Shown piece after piece: positions 1 through 14,225 of a stretch of DNA of 64,000 nt (position 1 is its first letter; the number at the start of each line of letters is the position of its first letter). This stretch comes from Eledone cirrhosa. Taxonomy: Eukaryota. The position numbers were made by a program, and so were the translations under genes. Under the pieces are notes generated by a model, which was given only the letters and a program-made list of their open reading frames with translations, was not told the DNA's origin and did no database searches. The stretch is from contig OZ024743.1 of the NCBI GenBank assembly GCA_964016885.1, positions 226,672,001-226,736,000 on the forward strand. Direction: 5' to 3'.

Positions 1-38
1 ATGCGTCAAAGCATGGCGTCCGACCCTCTACCAATACT
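1..38 (-). mobile_element. 5' end of SINE family A, cut by window edge
   Basis: Reverse complement of agtatcggtagagggtcggacgccatgctttg, shared with other copies. Confidence 0.8.
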
Positions 39-1651
39 AGCCTTCAAGGAAACAACCTCATTACGCTATGTGTTTTCATTACACATAGAGTCTTTCCAAA
101 TTGCCTTTACAGCTTCTGCTCCTACAACTTCACTTATAGGGTTTCACTTGGTTCTCAGCTATTTGGGAAGGCTCTTAAAGAAGGGGTTAAGTATGATCAT
201 CAAATCTAATCTATTGCGATTGAGAAACGAACTTCTTAATCATGGTACTTCTTCGACACACATGCCTAGAAAGAATTTGCTACATTCACATATTTACACA
301 CACATACACTATGACTAGTAAAGCATACATGTTCATTGGTTCATAATCATACACTCATATATAGCACACATTTACACATAGACAGTACAATTATATACCC
401 GCCAATCATATACAGAGAGAGAGCGGAAGGAAGAAAGAGGAAGAGGGGGAGTGAGGGAATGTGAGTGATAGATAGAGGGGGTGAGTGAGAATCCTTTTTA
501 ACAAAATTCATATGCAAATATATGGTAGATTCATCCCTTTGGTATGTTTTCTCCCCCTGATTCCGTCACACGCTCACACACACACACACACACAAACAAA
601 CAAACAAACAAACAAACACACACACACACATCCTTTCAGACGTGGAAATATATAAACAAACATTTACAAAAACATATCTTCACACTTTCAAACAGCCAAA
701 CCTACAAACACACTTTTACACGCATACTATCAAACACAAAGCTACTCATATACACACACATATTGCAGCACACACACACACAGACAGACACACACATATA
801 CACACACACAGAAACAATGGTGAACAGGCACACGTAAACACATACACACACAAATACATGCAAATACAATGTCGGCATACATTCTATCACTAAAATAGAC
901 ATACACACTCACAGCTAATGACATACTTATTTCCAATGATAATAAACTGATGTTAACAGGTGAACAACACCAACAGGATCCCCAACAATATCTATACAAC
1001 TTCTACTAAGTGAGGTCACTAATGTAGTCTTTAATATATTGGCTTAACCAGACATCTCATTGTACCTCCATCATCCAAAACACCACTACAATCAAACAAA
1101 ACCTCAACCTCTTACATGACCACCATCACAAACACCACCACTAATATCCAACACAGCCAACACCGTCTACACCATCAACATCCGCTCTCCTTCCTTCATC
1201 TGTGCTACTGACACCACTAGCACCATTCCCCCCCCCCCACACCATTTTCCAACACCTCACAACTCCACTATTTCACTACATCAACCATCTAACCACCGAC
1301 AATATCTAAATCACCTGCAGGACAACCAACATCTACGCCACCACCACCACCACCACCACCACCACCATCATCGTCATCTAGATCCACTTTACCATCCTCA
1401 CCACCATTACCATCTACACACAACCTATCGTTTATTCCACCATCTCTACAATCGACACCATCACTATTCTCCTCATCATCTCCATCTTCCACATCTTTTA
1501 CATCACCTGCCAGCTATTATTGACAAAATACATCACCATTTCTATAAGCCTTTATGCGATCATTCGATATCCTTGAGATATTAGGTGAATCTTCACCAAA
1601 TCACCCACTATGGACTTACTTCAATGAACACAGGAGAATGCGATCCTAGAA

Positions 1652-1870
1652 ATAATGGTTTCTAATTCCGGCACAAGGCCAACAATTTTAGGGGAGGGGA
1701 AAATCGATAAAATTGACCCCATTTTTTTGAATGGTGCTTTATTTTATCGACTCGCAAAGGATGAAAGATAAAGCTAACCTCGGAGTGATTTGAACTCAGA
1801 AAGTAAAGAGACGTAATTATATGCGGCGAAGCATGGTGTCCAACGCTCTGCCGATTCTACCAATCCATGA
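1652..1870 (-). mobile_element. SINE family A, diverged copy
   Basis: ggcacaaggcc...aacctcggagtgatttgaactcaga...ccgattctaccaatcc matches the family consensus in reverse. Confidence 0.8.
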
Positions 1871-2701
1871 AAAACCTAACAAACGACCACGTAAGAAAAG
1901 AAAATGAACGAAAAATAGGCGTACTCTGTATAGTTGGATTACCTTTTAATTAGAGGTCTGCTTCACCAGAGACTAAACAACACCACTACCATTTCAAAAA
2001 CTATTACCACTACCACGAACAACAACAACATCAACAAGACGCTGTAGTTAGATATCTAGTTACTATAATACCGGGTCGATAATGCTTGATTTAATAAGAC
2101 GCTAGTAATTCTACTAGCATTTGGACAGTTGTGTTGAAATAATACACAAAGGATAATTTAGAGCATCTTCAGTTCTTAACTAGCTTACTAGTGATTGATA
2201 TATGAGGTTAATATAGTTAATATACACTTTGAACATAGCCGACCAAATCTAATATCTGAGAACGACATCGACAACAACACCACCACCAATTACAACAACA
2301 ACCTAGGAACAGTTATTGGTGTATATGAAATATTATTAAATAAATGATATATCCTCTTCGTTTTGGTCAAGACAAGATTTCCGTTTGAGCTAATTGTAGA
2401 ATAATTAGCCAACACAGTCGTATAATTTAACAGTTAAACGGTAAATCAAAATAATTCTTCTTCGTCATCATCTCATCATTTCATCATCATCATCATCATC
2501 ATCATCACCATCAACATCATCATCATCATCATCATTCTGCTCCGTTTTCCGCTCAACATCTTGAAAGTCAGAATCAATAGTGTAATGACTAAAGTGCATT
2601 CAATTATTTCCATGGCTCCTTTAAGGACCGCAGTTCAAATTGCTGCAATGGCTACTAAGCTTTCCTTGTTATCCTTCGTCGGTTGATAAAATATAGTACG
2701 T

Positions 2702-2887
2702 TGAATTGGCAGTATCGGTAGAGGGTTGGACACCATTCTTTCTAGCATAGTTACGTCCCTTTACAATCTGAGTTCAAATCCTGCCGAGGTTAACTTTGCT
2801 TTTCATCCTTACGGGGTCGATAAAATAAGGTATCAGTAATGTACTGGTTATTTGCTGGCCTTGTGCCTAAAGTAGAAACAATTATTA
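2702..2887 (+). mobile_element. SINE family A (tRNA-head, cephalopod-type)
   Basis: A-box-like tggcagtatcggtag, B-box-like gagttcaaatcc, body gttaactttgcttttcatccttacggggtcgataaaata, tail ggccttgtgcctaaagtagaaacaattatt. Confidence 0.9.
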
Positions 2888-4267
2888 TCTGTATTAATTT
2901 CATGTTCTTTCCTCTTTTCTTCCTACCCCCTATATATTCTTTCTCACCAACTACTGTGTTGTTGAAGATGAATGCCACTGAGAAATTTAACTGAACACTT
3001 TTCTTAAAAGGTCACAAAGGACTGAGGCATGTAGGGAGGAGTGACCTGAGGAACAGAAATGACGGGCGACGGGAGTATGCATGCCGAGTCGTACGTCCCT
3101 CAAATGTTCAGCAAAACGATCTGCCAAACAGCACATATACACACACGCGCACACACATTCACACACATATTTATATATATATATATATTTCCTGCGTTAT
3201 TTTGTATGTATATTTTGTGCTTTCAGTAGTTTCTCTTGGTGTCACATTTTATAACTACAGTGTTTGTTAACATTCGATCAATTGAGTGTTTGGGGATTTT
3301 CCTCAAATTAAAGCGAATAGTACTTGCTGTACTCCAGCTAAAGTTCAATTTACAAATATTATATATATATAAATACATCACTATAGCGACTTCTATTCAT
3401 TTAAATCCATTTAATACTCAATAGTCAACACCTAAAGATGCCGCAGTTAAATTTTGTAAAGAATTAGTATTAGAATTAATCAGCAAAAGATTGTTAATTA
3501 TATATTTATATCGTGGCTATTTACATTCTTTTCCCAATGAAAGTAAAAACCTATTTCTTCACTCGCTCAATGTATTTGGTCTCTACGCAATTTAAAAGTT
3601 AAATATAATTTAAGTTGATGTATTACTAATTCGTGTTGCCCATATAAAAGTGATTTATATTCATTTGAAGCTTTGCAAAATGTTTGTCTTATGAACCTCC
3701 TCTGAAGCGTAGTCAAGAAATTATCATGTGTTATATGCAAACGATTCTTCTACTTTTTCATTATTTGATTGTGATCCAACGAAGGTTAAATAAATTTTCC
3801 TATGTTATTAATTGCTTTATCCTTATTAAACAATTATTGAATAAAATATTATTACATTTCACCATCATAATTTATTACTAACACATTGATAATTATAAAA
3901 TGTTAATCAATTCTAATAAAGTAATATTTTCTATGGATTAGTTATATTAATACTTGAAAATCTAAGAACAATAATCCATAATAATTTTTTCCGATATTCC
4001 AGTAACCTATAGCAAGGTTTTTATATCCCATTAAATATTTTCTTCTTTAAAATCAGGTTTAGAAACGCTTTTAACGCCCATATATATTGTATTTTTCTAA
4101 CTGCAGCGTCTCATTTAGCAATATGTTTGCTACGCAGCCTGAGATTGTTATAAATATTTGTTGCTATAACTGCCTTATTGCTGTAATGAAAATAATTTTA
4201 ACATTCTGCTAAAAGGCAAACATTCCTCGAACAATATATCATATCAAATATGTATGTCAAATATGAT

Positions 4268-4452
4268 TTCAAGTATAGGCACAAGGCTACTAATTTTTTT
4301 TTTTTGGGGGGGGGGGTCGATTACATCGACCCTAGTAGGGATGGAAAGCAAAGTTAACCTCGGCGGGATTTGAGCTCAGACCGTAAAGGACCGTAATTCT
4401 ATGCTGCAAAGCATGCTGTCCGACTCTACCGATACTGCCAATCCGCTGCCCA
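4268..4452 (-). mobile_element. SINE family A
   Basis: gttaacctcggcgggatttgagctcaga...ctctaccgatactgccaatccg. Confidence 0.85.
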
Positions 4453-4469
4453 TGTCAAATATGAGAACG

Positions 4470-4792
4470 AATATGTTTAGGGCGTTCGGCTCATGATGAT
4501 TAAGTCGTGAGTTCGAATTCTGGCAACGATTTATGTCATTGAGCAAAATGTTATACTTCAAGTTTCTCCAGTTCCCCGGGCTGGTTGAAATGAGGTGTTT
4601 CTGTAATTCAATGTGCCACACTTGTCACAGATTACGTCACACTGAATCTCCATGAGAAATGTGTAATAGATACACGTTTAATGGATACACGTGTCTTTGA
4701 AATGCTCAGGCATATGCATCTTAATTTCACGAGAGGTCTGTCCCGTTGTTTGACAAAATGGAACATTCACCGTCGAAATCGACGAAGGCCAC
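4470..4792 (+). mobile_element. Degenerate tRNA-derived SINE, second family
   Basis: B-box gtgagttcgaattc followed by ttgagcaaaatgttatacttc...ctccagttc; related head at ~6510-6640. Confidence 0.5.
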
Positions 4793-6509
4793 GATTTTCT
4801 TGGGCTGCACAACAATTATAGCTACAAATAATAAAATACTATAGTAATAAAATTTGATAAGGAAGTTCTTCATGTAACTGTGGTGGAAAAACGATAGGAG
4901 GGTTAAAGTTGGATCGTACTACTACCGGATGAGTTATATACATAATTATATTGAATTGTCCTGTGTGTAAAATCTATCGACTTATGTGCAATTTACGTTT
5001 TACATTTTTACAAGGCAAACATATGAAAGAAACAATCCACCCATGTCCGCCACATGGTCAGGTGGTCTTGTGGTCATGTCTAAGGTTACCTTATATGCAA
5101 TGGTGTTCTAATAAATCGTGTGACAAAGTGAAATTATGCAAGATAATAAATGTAAAGTTATCCACAAGAATATGATTCAAACCAAGCAATTTTTATGCTA
5201 CTAGTATTAATTTTCTTGTAATACAACATCTATTATAATGTATATTCGAATATATATTGTGGGTTCAGGTATACCATTATAAGGTAATTAAACACCTTCT
5301 CTTTTAAATTCATAAAAATAATCTAATTTTTTTTAAATAAAAAAATAATTAAATTTATAATAGAATTACAACAGACAATTAAATTCACTATTGAAATGTG
5401 ATCCACTTGTATATGCAAACATCAAACGTTTGCCATTAAACTAAATATTTCAAAAGAATTCTTATGGCAGTCACAAAATGAAGGACATTTCTAAAACGAT
5501 ATCTAGTGTAAATAAAGAAGATCGCATGAATATTAAATCCTGAAATTAAAACAAAACATGGTTTATTATCAACATCTTAAAATGCTGTATAAAAAACGTG
5601 ACCGGTGGATAGTTAAATATATTTGTTTCTAATATTTGAAAATTCTTATCAAAGAATGCTATTAAAATAATGCTTTTAGTTAAACCTCAAGCGATGCATA
5701 ATCATATTACGGTTTCGTATTGTCAAAGATTGCTTCCTTCGATACTATTTATCCACCATATATAATCTTCTGAGAAAGGTCGAATTTCATTTAGAAATAT
5801 CTGAATGCCTTTCTCTTCACAGAGACCTAACATTTCATAGTTCTTAAATTTATTGACTATATTTTTGCCCGAAAAAACTATCATTAGTTTTCTCGGAACC
5901 CATTAGATGTTTTTATTTTATTTTATTTTATTACCAAACTCTTGATCTATTGTGTGTCAAAAACATGAACATAAATATTGATAAACTGGTCATATGGTTT
6001 TTAAATACTGTCTAATCAAAACTTTAATAGATGTCTGAAACAATTCTCGCTGTAGATGAATGTGTATAGGGTATACATGTTTGGGTGTCGATACCGGGTT
6101 TATATGGATCTTTTAAGAAAACGAAACTAAAAAGCAGATATTAAATAATTCCAAGGACCACATTTGATACAGAAGAAATAGGTCGTATTGGACTTCCTTG
6201 TTACCATAGAAATATCCCAAAACTCTCGATTGGACAATTATTCTTGAAACGTCCCTGGCAGTAACCAGACAATATTTAGACGTAGGTTGAATATCGGTTC
6301 AATCAAATGGAAAGTTGAAGAGAACCAGCGAAATCGTTAATCTTACAAATTAATAGGAATGCTCGAGTTTAAACAGCGATGATGAAATTATTATAAATAT
6401 TGTTAAAAAAATATCACCAAAGCCGACACAGATTAAGTTTTATAGACAAAGGAAAATTGTAATTTTACATTTTATGGATTAATGAAGTGGCATTTCTTGA
6501 TTTGTAAAG

Positions 6510-6800
6510 GCGCGTGGCTTTGTGCTTAGTGTATTTGGTTAACAGTCGTAAAATCGTGATTTCGATTTCAGCATGGTATCACATTGTATCCTTCAGTAAA
6601 ACATTTGTAACCCGATCCTCCAGTTCACTCAGCTGGAAAAACTATGTTAAGTTGTATTGATATATGCCTTAACCTTGGACAATAACGGCATCTTGGAGAG
6701 AGGAAGATAGCATATGTGGGCGAACGCAGGTCTTCTACAAAACACACTCGGTTGGCTATTCCCTAGCCAGTCATGGTGAAAATGCCAATTCAGGTCAGTC
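6510..6800 (+). mobile_element. Degenerate tRNA-derived SINE
   Basis: gcgcgtggct...cgtgatttcgattt...ctccagttcactcagctgg resembles the 4470 copy. Confidence 0.45.
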
Positions 6801-7653
6801 ATGAGTGAAAGGACATCTTAGATGATTTGCATGATTATTAACCACAGGTCATATAATTTTGTGTTTGTTAACTAAAGGTGACTTTTGAGAAATATTATTC
6901 TCAATGGCATTTGGTAAGGAAGGGTGATTGCATTTCCAATGCATGAATGTTTAAACGTAGAAAATATTACATTATCTAAATATATGGGAGATATATCCTT
7001 TCAAAATAAACGATCTGTTAAATGTTGATAAGAAAATATCGTTTTATAAATGAATGAAAATCAAAGAAACAAGAATATCATTTGGTGTCAAAAGCAGATT
7101 CATCTGTAAATACATCAAAAGGAGTTTCACATATTCGTAGTTTGAGGTGCGTTTAAATCTGCAAAAGTTCTTTTATGTTTAGAAACATAATCCAAAAAAT
7201 TGAAACTCTCTATGATAACCTCGACAACGTATTTTTTTATTTTTTATTTCATGATTAGAAGGTATACATTATTTTATTTATTTATTTATTTATTTATTGT
7301 CAAGTGACAAACAATTGCCGCATTGTGTCAAAACTCCACAAGATACAAAGTTATGAGTTAATTAGGTCCTTCTAAAGTATTGCACTATTTGTTTTAAATT
7401 TGTTATAATTATCTAAACTCCTTCCTTTATGGTTTTAACCAAAAACCTTTAAGTTATGTTTCAATCACCAGCTTAATGATGAAGTTGTTATATTGTTAAA
7501 TGCTTCCATTTTCCAGATTATTTAAATCATTATTAGGAAAATCTTAAGCAGTCATTCATCAGAAATATGGTAGCGAAAGGTTAACGGGCATGTTTTTAGT
7601 TTGAAATGGGTCATCAATTTCTTTTTTTCGTGTTGGAGCAAAAATGTTTAGAG

Positions 7654-8170
7654 CAGATGTTCTCAAAGTGGGCGCTACCGCCCCCTTGGGGCATTGAGAA
7701 GGTCAAGGGATGCGCAGGGACCTATGGGGGTGGATATAATAGTATATTAAATTACAAATGATACATAATATATATAAATATAGTAGAATAAAAATATATA
7801 ATTGTTTCTACTTTTGGCACAGGGCCACCAATTATCCAGTGCATTACTGGTACTTTCTTTTATCTACCCCTCGGCGGGATTTGAACTCAGAATGGCAAGG
7901 GCCGTAACTCTATGCGTCAAAGCATGGCGTCCGACCCTCTACCGATAGTAGAATAAACATATATAATATTTAATATAATATATAATATAATATTTATTTA
8001 TACATAATATATATTATACAATTGTTTATATCTGAATTAACGATTTAATTTATTATATATATTATTTACAAGTTGCATGTAGGCAGGTCTATCTGGAAAT
8101 AGGATTGGAGGCGGTGAAGATATTACGTGGCCATGAAGGGGTGGCAGCACATAAAGTTTGAGAACCTCTG
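7654..8170. mobile_element. Non-autonomous hAT-type DNA transposon (MITE)
   Basis: Terminal inverted repeats cagatgttctcaaa / tttgagaacctctg; 8-bp target duplication gtttagag (7646-7653) / gtttaggg (8171-8178). Confidence 0.8.
7803..7945 (-). mobile_element. SINE family A nested in the MITE
   Basis: Family sequence in reverse, flanked by direct repeat tagtagaataaa(a/c)atatataat. Confidence 0.9.
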
Positions 8171-9628
8171 GTTTAGGGTATACATTCGACTCCAGTTGTC
8201 AACCCTTACTTATAGAAATATCTGCAAACACTGCCTTAAAAAATCCCCTTTTTGCCATAGAAGTAACACTAAAAACAAATTGGAAAATGTCACAGATAAA
8301 CTGCGTCTGAAAAAAGACATGGTTTTGATGGCTGGATTGTTTTCAAGATAGGTGTTCGAATTCAAGGTTGTGCTGGCAATAAATACAGCATCAATTAAGA
8401 AAAGTACTTGGCTCATAGTATTATCGAGCACATTACATATGTTCTTGTATTTCATATTTCCTTTTATTTCATACAATCAATATAAAGAACGCATGTTGCC
8501 ATAAATACAATGTTCGTTTTAAATTAATAGTGTGGTTGAAGTTGAGATTGAAGTAAAAGAAGAACGAAATTCATACATGTCTGTTTATATTGGGTACAAA
8601 TCACTGTGAATTATAGGTTCGGGAATATCTAAGTCATAAAAATAACACGACATTTTCATTTTACCCAAAAGCCTTCACTTTTCCTGAGGCGGTGTTGAGA
8701 TGGCAATATGTATGTCCGTGAGGGGGAGTGGTTAATTCATTAAAACAATCGACTTTTTATACGAGGTTTTTTGTGATGTTTCTCATCGAGTGGTTTCAAA
8801 TCTGAATACGAGCGAATGCATTCCTATACTTGATATGCAGGCTCTATCGTGATTGTAATATATATAAATGAGATGATATTTTCGAAAACCATTTTACTTA
8901 AGTAACATGCGTCCCTCAACTGTTTGCGTTGTTTGTTTTCCTATTCTTTGTCTATTGTTGTTTCTTACATTGTTTTCTCCTCCTTTTTCTGTCTCGATTT
9001 TATTTTACCTCTTTTCTCTGTTTCTCTCTCACACTGAATCTCCCGATCTCTTTCTTTTCCCCATTTTTTTCTATCATCTCTCTAGATGCATGTACAGCGA
9101 ACATTTATCTGTATTAGTGGAAGCGAGTTTCCACATGACGTACTATTGACTGACGTTTCAGTGTCCTGGGAGTGTACTTCTGATAGTCAGCTAGCAACTT
9201 GTTGCTAATAGCATTAACCCCTAAATCCCTTATTTAAGCAGGCATAAATAGATCTGGTATTGAAATGGTGCTGCACGAGATCTACATACATGTATACATA
9301 TTCATACATACATATCCATACATGTATACATATTCATACATACATATCCATACATGTATACATGTTTCATACATACATGCATATGTACATGCATACATAT
9401 ATACATACGTGCATGCATACATACATACGTACATGCATACATACATAAATACATACATACTTACATTCATACATACATTAATACGTACATTCATATTTAT
9501 ACACACATATGTAAGCACACACATATGATCTCATATATACATAGAAACGTGCATACATACAGGCACATATTGGTTTGCTATTTTCAAAATTTAGTTTGAG
9601 CTGTATATATTATTATTATTTGAATGTG

Positions 9629-9820
9629 GGCGGTTGATTGGCAGTATCGGTAAAGGGTCGGATGCCATGCTTTCCAGCATAGAGTTACGCCCCTTTACGG
9701 TCTGAGTTCAAATCCTGCCGAGGTTAACTTTAGCTTTCATCCTTACGGGGTCCATAAAATAAAGTACCAGTAATGCAGTGGGATAATTACTGGCCTTGTG
9801 CCAAAAGTAGAAACAATGAT
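9629..9820 (+). mobile_element. SINE family A
   Basis: Full family sequence; flanking direct repeat atttgaatgt. Confidence 0.9.
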
Positions 9821-10219
9821 TTGAATGTCTGTGGCATCCTTCAGCATAAAGGGAGGGTAGTACGCACAGAATCAATTGTGTACACTATATTTTTCCATAT
9901 GTAAAATCATCTACATACTAATCAAAACGTTCGTACTGACTAATTCCTGCTGTGAAGGTCAAATAGTACTCAAACATGTCCGCTGCTGTTACCATCATCA
10001 GTGAAACTATTGAAATCCTATATTAAACACGAAAATTAAAGTCACTTAATTTCACAAATTTATTTCTTTTCTTTTGCGAATCGCTGAAGATTTTCGCTAG
10101 ATTTCTTTTCTTTTTCTTTCATGATTATAAAATATTAATTCATTAAGAGTAGTTTTACGTACGTTTTACAGTACACCAGCACCTACTTGGTTTATACGAA
10201 CTGAGTGTGAGGGGTAGAT

Positions 10220-10287
<68 letters not shown>

Positions 10288-10368
10288 CGCGAGAGGGGAG
10301 CACACAGAAAAGCTACCTCTCATACACATACCTGTCTCTCTATCTATCTTTATCTCTTTTCTCTCTCT

Positions 10369-10402
<34 letters not shown>

Positions 10403-11085
10403 AATATATTTACACATTGATTATATATTTGCGTGTATACATACATACATGCATACATACATATACATAGACACATATATATATATATATATATAATATG
10501 TATATATATATATATGTGTGTGTATCTGTGTAGGTGTGATTGTTTGATTGAGTGATTTATTGATCGATCGATTTATTAATTGAATGACGCAGAGGTAATT
10601 GGGTAATTTATTTGATTGACGAAGATCTTGCATTACAAAAATTAAACTTTCCAATAATGATTTCGGTTAAGTTAACGTCTTTCCCTCATTCTCAACAAGA
10701 GAATGTATATTTAGTGCCATATAGAATACATTAGAAACAGAAGAGATAACAGTTAAAGGTAGAATTTGGACAAACAGTGTGTGTAGAAATAGCGGTCTAT
10801 TGAAATTAACCAGACAATCAAAATGGTAATGATCTTAGCCTAAAATGTCTTCGAATAATATTCGGATATAATAGAAATAATTGAAACGACAGACAGAATT
10901 AGAAATAAAGCTAGAAAAAGTTATTGATTTATCACAAATAATACGAAGTTTTCTCTGTGGTTAAGGTGTTAGAATCAACCGGTGAAACATGAGCAAATGT
11001 TATCTACGACTGTCTATTGTCTCTAAGTAACCAATTCGTTTTAAGTGGAATTTGATAGACGGAAACTAAAGTATCCCACCGCATG

Positions 11086-11130
<45 letters not shown>

Positions 11131-11609
11131 GGGGGGGGTATGTGTATACGAAGATATGTAAAGTTAAAATTTGTTTGTGTGAATCAATGTGGTAATAAAA
11201 TAAACAAATAAGGTTACTTACACAAGTATTTTACTAGAGATGGTCTTTGGAGGAGTTACGGTAATAGTCCAAAACGAGAGTACAGTATCCAGGTGGAAGA
11301 TCACGTAGTAATTATAAATTAAAAGGTATAGGAAAAACAAATGATTAGGTATGAATTAGGGTTTGGATGCGAAACATTTAATACACATGCAGACATATAC
11401 ACCCATAAAGAAGACCAGTAAGAAGTGAGAATGGAAAGTTAAATAGCAGATAGGTAGATAAGAGTTCAGTGAATGAAAGAATAGGGAGAGGAATTTCACT
11501 CGTCGAAGCGTCTAGAATAGATAAGCTAAAGTGTGATGACGGTAATCAATGTTTTCTTACCAGACTGTCCTTACTGCAAGATGCAGCGACTTCACCTCGA
11601 ACTATGAAC

Positions 11610-11713
11610 TCTTTCTGAAGAAGTGCAGTATTTTATATAATGCTAGCAATTGGGCATAATAATATGCAATCAGCGCCCGTAGACTGATGTTGTACTGAAA
11701 TATGTGTTAAAGA
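11610..11713 (+). ncRNA. Type I hammerhead ribozyme with enlarged stem II
   Basis: Stem I tcttt/aaaga; CUGAAGA; stem II agtgcagtat/atgttgtact (with G.U pairs); GAAA; short stem III atatgtgt; GUU site. Confidence 0.6.
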
Positions 11714-11895
11714 AACGACTAAATGAATTTGTGTCATCCAACTTCTACTTCATGTCTAGTCGTTTATTTTTCCTATATATTTAAATGTATATATATATAT
11801 ATAACGAAGGAAATGTGGTAAGGACCCAGATGGACCATAACGCACCAAAGTACTCAATACTTAGGGTAGTAGAGTGGGTAATAGGAACAAGTAGG

Positions 11896-11991
11896 ACCCC
11901 GACGGCTGAGCTCAAGCCGTTTCGACGGCTAATTCTGGACTAAATAAAAATGTTTAGCCTGGTAAATGAATAGCCGAACTTCTCAGGGGGT
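11896..11991 (-). ncRNA. Type I hammerhead ribozyme (G8A core variant) in pLTR
   Basis: acccc CUGAGAA g..cggcta/tagccg..c GAAA cggct-tgagctc-agccg UC ggggt; partial mirror copy at 14096-14172 (+). Confidence 0.7.
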
Positions 11992-12285
11992 AATTCCATA
12001 TATGGTAAAAATGATTGTCACAAGGATTGGTCAAAAGTTTGTTGTTAAGACATATGATTCTATCATGGCATTTTGTGGAAGGTAGAGGTAGCTGAACTTG
12101 CCAGTAGAAGAAAGAGGGAGAGGGAGTGGAGGAAACCCAGTCAAGTGTTGAAAGTGAAAAATACAGCAGATTCTAAGGATAGGGTATAGAAAGTCGATAA
12201 AAGTATACTTGAGAAGGGGAGGGGGCGGGAAGTTGAAACAATAAGTAAATCTAAAGGGAGTAAACAAAAAAGCCATTATAAAAAT

Positions 12286-12830
12286 CATAATCAACAAAAA
12301 CATCAAACTCTCCTACAGCACCACACCTAACTTTGCACAAAACATGGTCTCCTCTAACAACAAAAAACTCAACCCCTATGGAAGAAATAACCTAGATAGC
12401 AGTGGAGAGCCGACCAGGAGGTGTAATTGTCCTGATGGATCCCTTTGCCCCCTCGACCACAGATGCAGAGATCGTAATGTGATCTACCAGTGCAACGTGA
12501 GGACGGACACCTCCAACAAAGCTTATATAGGATTAACCGCTTGTGACTTCAAGACCCGGCTCTACCAACACAGACATACTTTCCGAAACCCGGCCCGGCG
12601 TCACGCCACTACACTTTCGGGCCACACCTGGGACCACAAAGATAATCATATAACCTACAATCTCACTTGGAACTTACTGTCCAGAGCCAACTCTTACACG
12701 GGAGGCCGCTGTCCGTGTAACTTATGCTCGGAGGAAGCACTACAAATTCTGTTTTCGACGGACCAACTCCTAAACAAGACGAACTGGTAACTGCATGCAA
12801 ACACAGATTGCGTAGGCCTTACCTCGCCCT
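12286..12830 (+). pseudogene. PLE GIY-YIG endonuclease C-terminal remnant
   Basis: ORF 12344-12790: CNC..CPL...C..NVIYQC.V...AYIGLT..FKTRLYQH...CNLCSEE. Confidence 0.9.
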
Positions 12831-14170
12831 CAAACCCCATAATGACCCGGGGGGGGGGGGCAAAAGCTGAAACACCCACACTTGCCGACTTTGTAAAGGG
12901 GTAACCCCTGCTTACAAAGGTAGACGTAACTTTTTTATATATTCTTTTTTATATATATGTTATCGTTTCCGCTATATTCCCTTCTTCCCCCATCCCTTCC
13001 TAGTCCTTCCACCCCAGATCTCCTTCTTTGTCGTCATTCTTTGCTCCTTCTCGCCCACCCCGATGCAGCCCTTCGGTCCTCTGTAGCCTCAGTACCCCAC
13101 CCCCTTATTTTATGAAAGAATTGGCCGATTCCGCTTTTTAAAGCAGATGTGCTAGACCCCAGATACTTGCTTTCTTCTCTCGTTGCTGCCCCATTTCCGT
13201 GATTTCTAGATTTATTAGTGGTATTTCTGCTTTAGTTTCTTGTATATTACTATTTATTTTGGGGGGATTCTGAATTAATATTTCGTATTAGTTTTTCATA
13301 TATATTGTACGATTATTTATGTAGATTGTATTAGAATTTATGTATTGTAGCTGTATTTATATATAGTGTATTAGTTTTTTAATATATATTGTATGAGTAT
13401 TTATGTAGATTGTATTAGAATGTATGTATTGTAGCAGTACTTTTATATATATTGTATTAGTATTCATGTTTCGGGATTCTGAATTAATATTCCGTATTAG
13501 TTACGGAGTTCTGAATTAATATTTCGTAGTAGTTGTTTTAGTATGGTGGTCCTCAACTTATTAACCTGTCACTGTAATATAGCATTGGCTGATTACTACT
13601 AACTATCGTAGTGGTGGTAGACCCCCTGTAATGAAGGCCTCATACAATTCTTTCACTACAATCTCGTATTTAGTATTCCTTCCCACCTATTAAACTTTTC
13701 TATAGATTAGCAGTACATGTGAGAGATTTGATGATTGTGGAAGGGAAGTAGTAACCAGAAATTGTTTTTTATATTTTTTTATATATTTTTTATATATTTC
13801 CTCATTTTTATAATGGCTTTTTTGTTTACTCCCTTTATATTTTTACTTATTGTTTCAACTCCCCCCCCCCTTCTCCAGTATACTTTTTTCGACCTTCTAT
13901 ACACTATCCTTAGAATCTGCTGTATTTTTCACTTTCAACGCGTGACTGGATTTCCTCCACTCCCTCTCCCCCTTTCCCCGAACTGGCAAGTTCAACTACC
14001 CCTACCTTCCACAAAATGCCATGATAGAATCATATGTCTTAACAACAAACTTTTGACCAATCCTTGTGACAATCACTTTTACCATATATGCAATTACCCC
14101 CTGAAAAGTTCGGTTATTCATTTACCAGGCTAAAAATGTTTATTTAGTCCAGAATTAGCCGTCGAAACGG

Positions 14171-14225
<55 letters not shown>

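Larger units (their letters stand above)
11803..14172. mobile_element. 5'-truncated PLE with inverted pLTR (foldback insertion between TA runs)
   Basis: 11915-12285 is the reverse complement of 13804-14172; GIY-YIG remnant and repetitive 3' UTR lie between. Confidence 0.9.

Noticed and set aside
1289-1492. Asp/Gly-rich ORF (and similar at 59234-59464 and 60431-60736)
   Set aside because: Trinucleotide (CAC/CAT/GTA) low-complexity tracts with no domain signal.
2702-2790. tRNA gene
   Set aside because: A/B-box-like head belongs to a multi-copy SINE; no cloverleaf.
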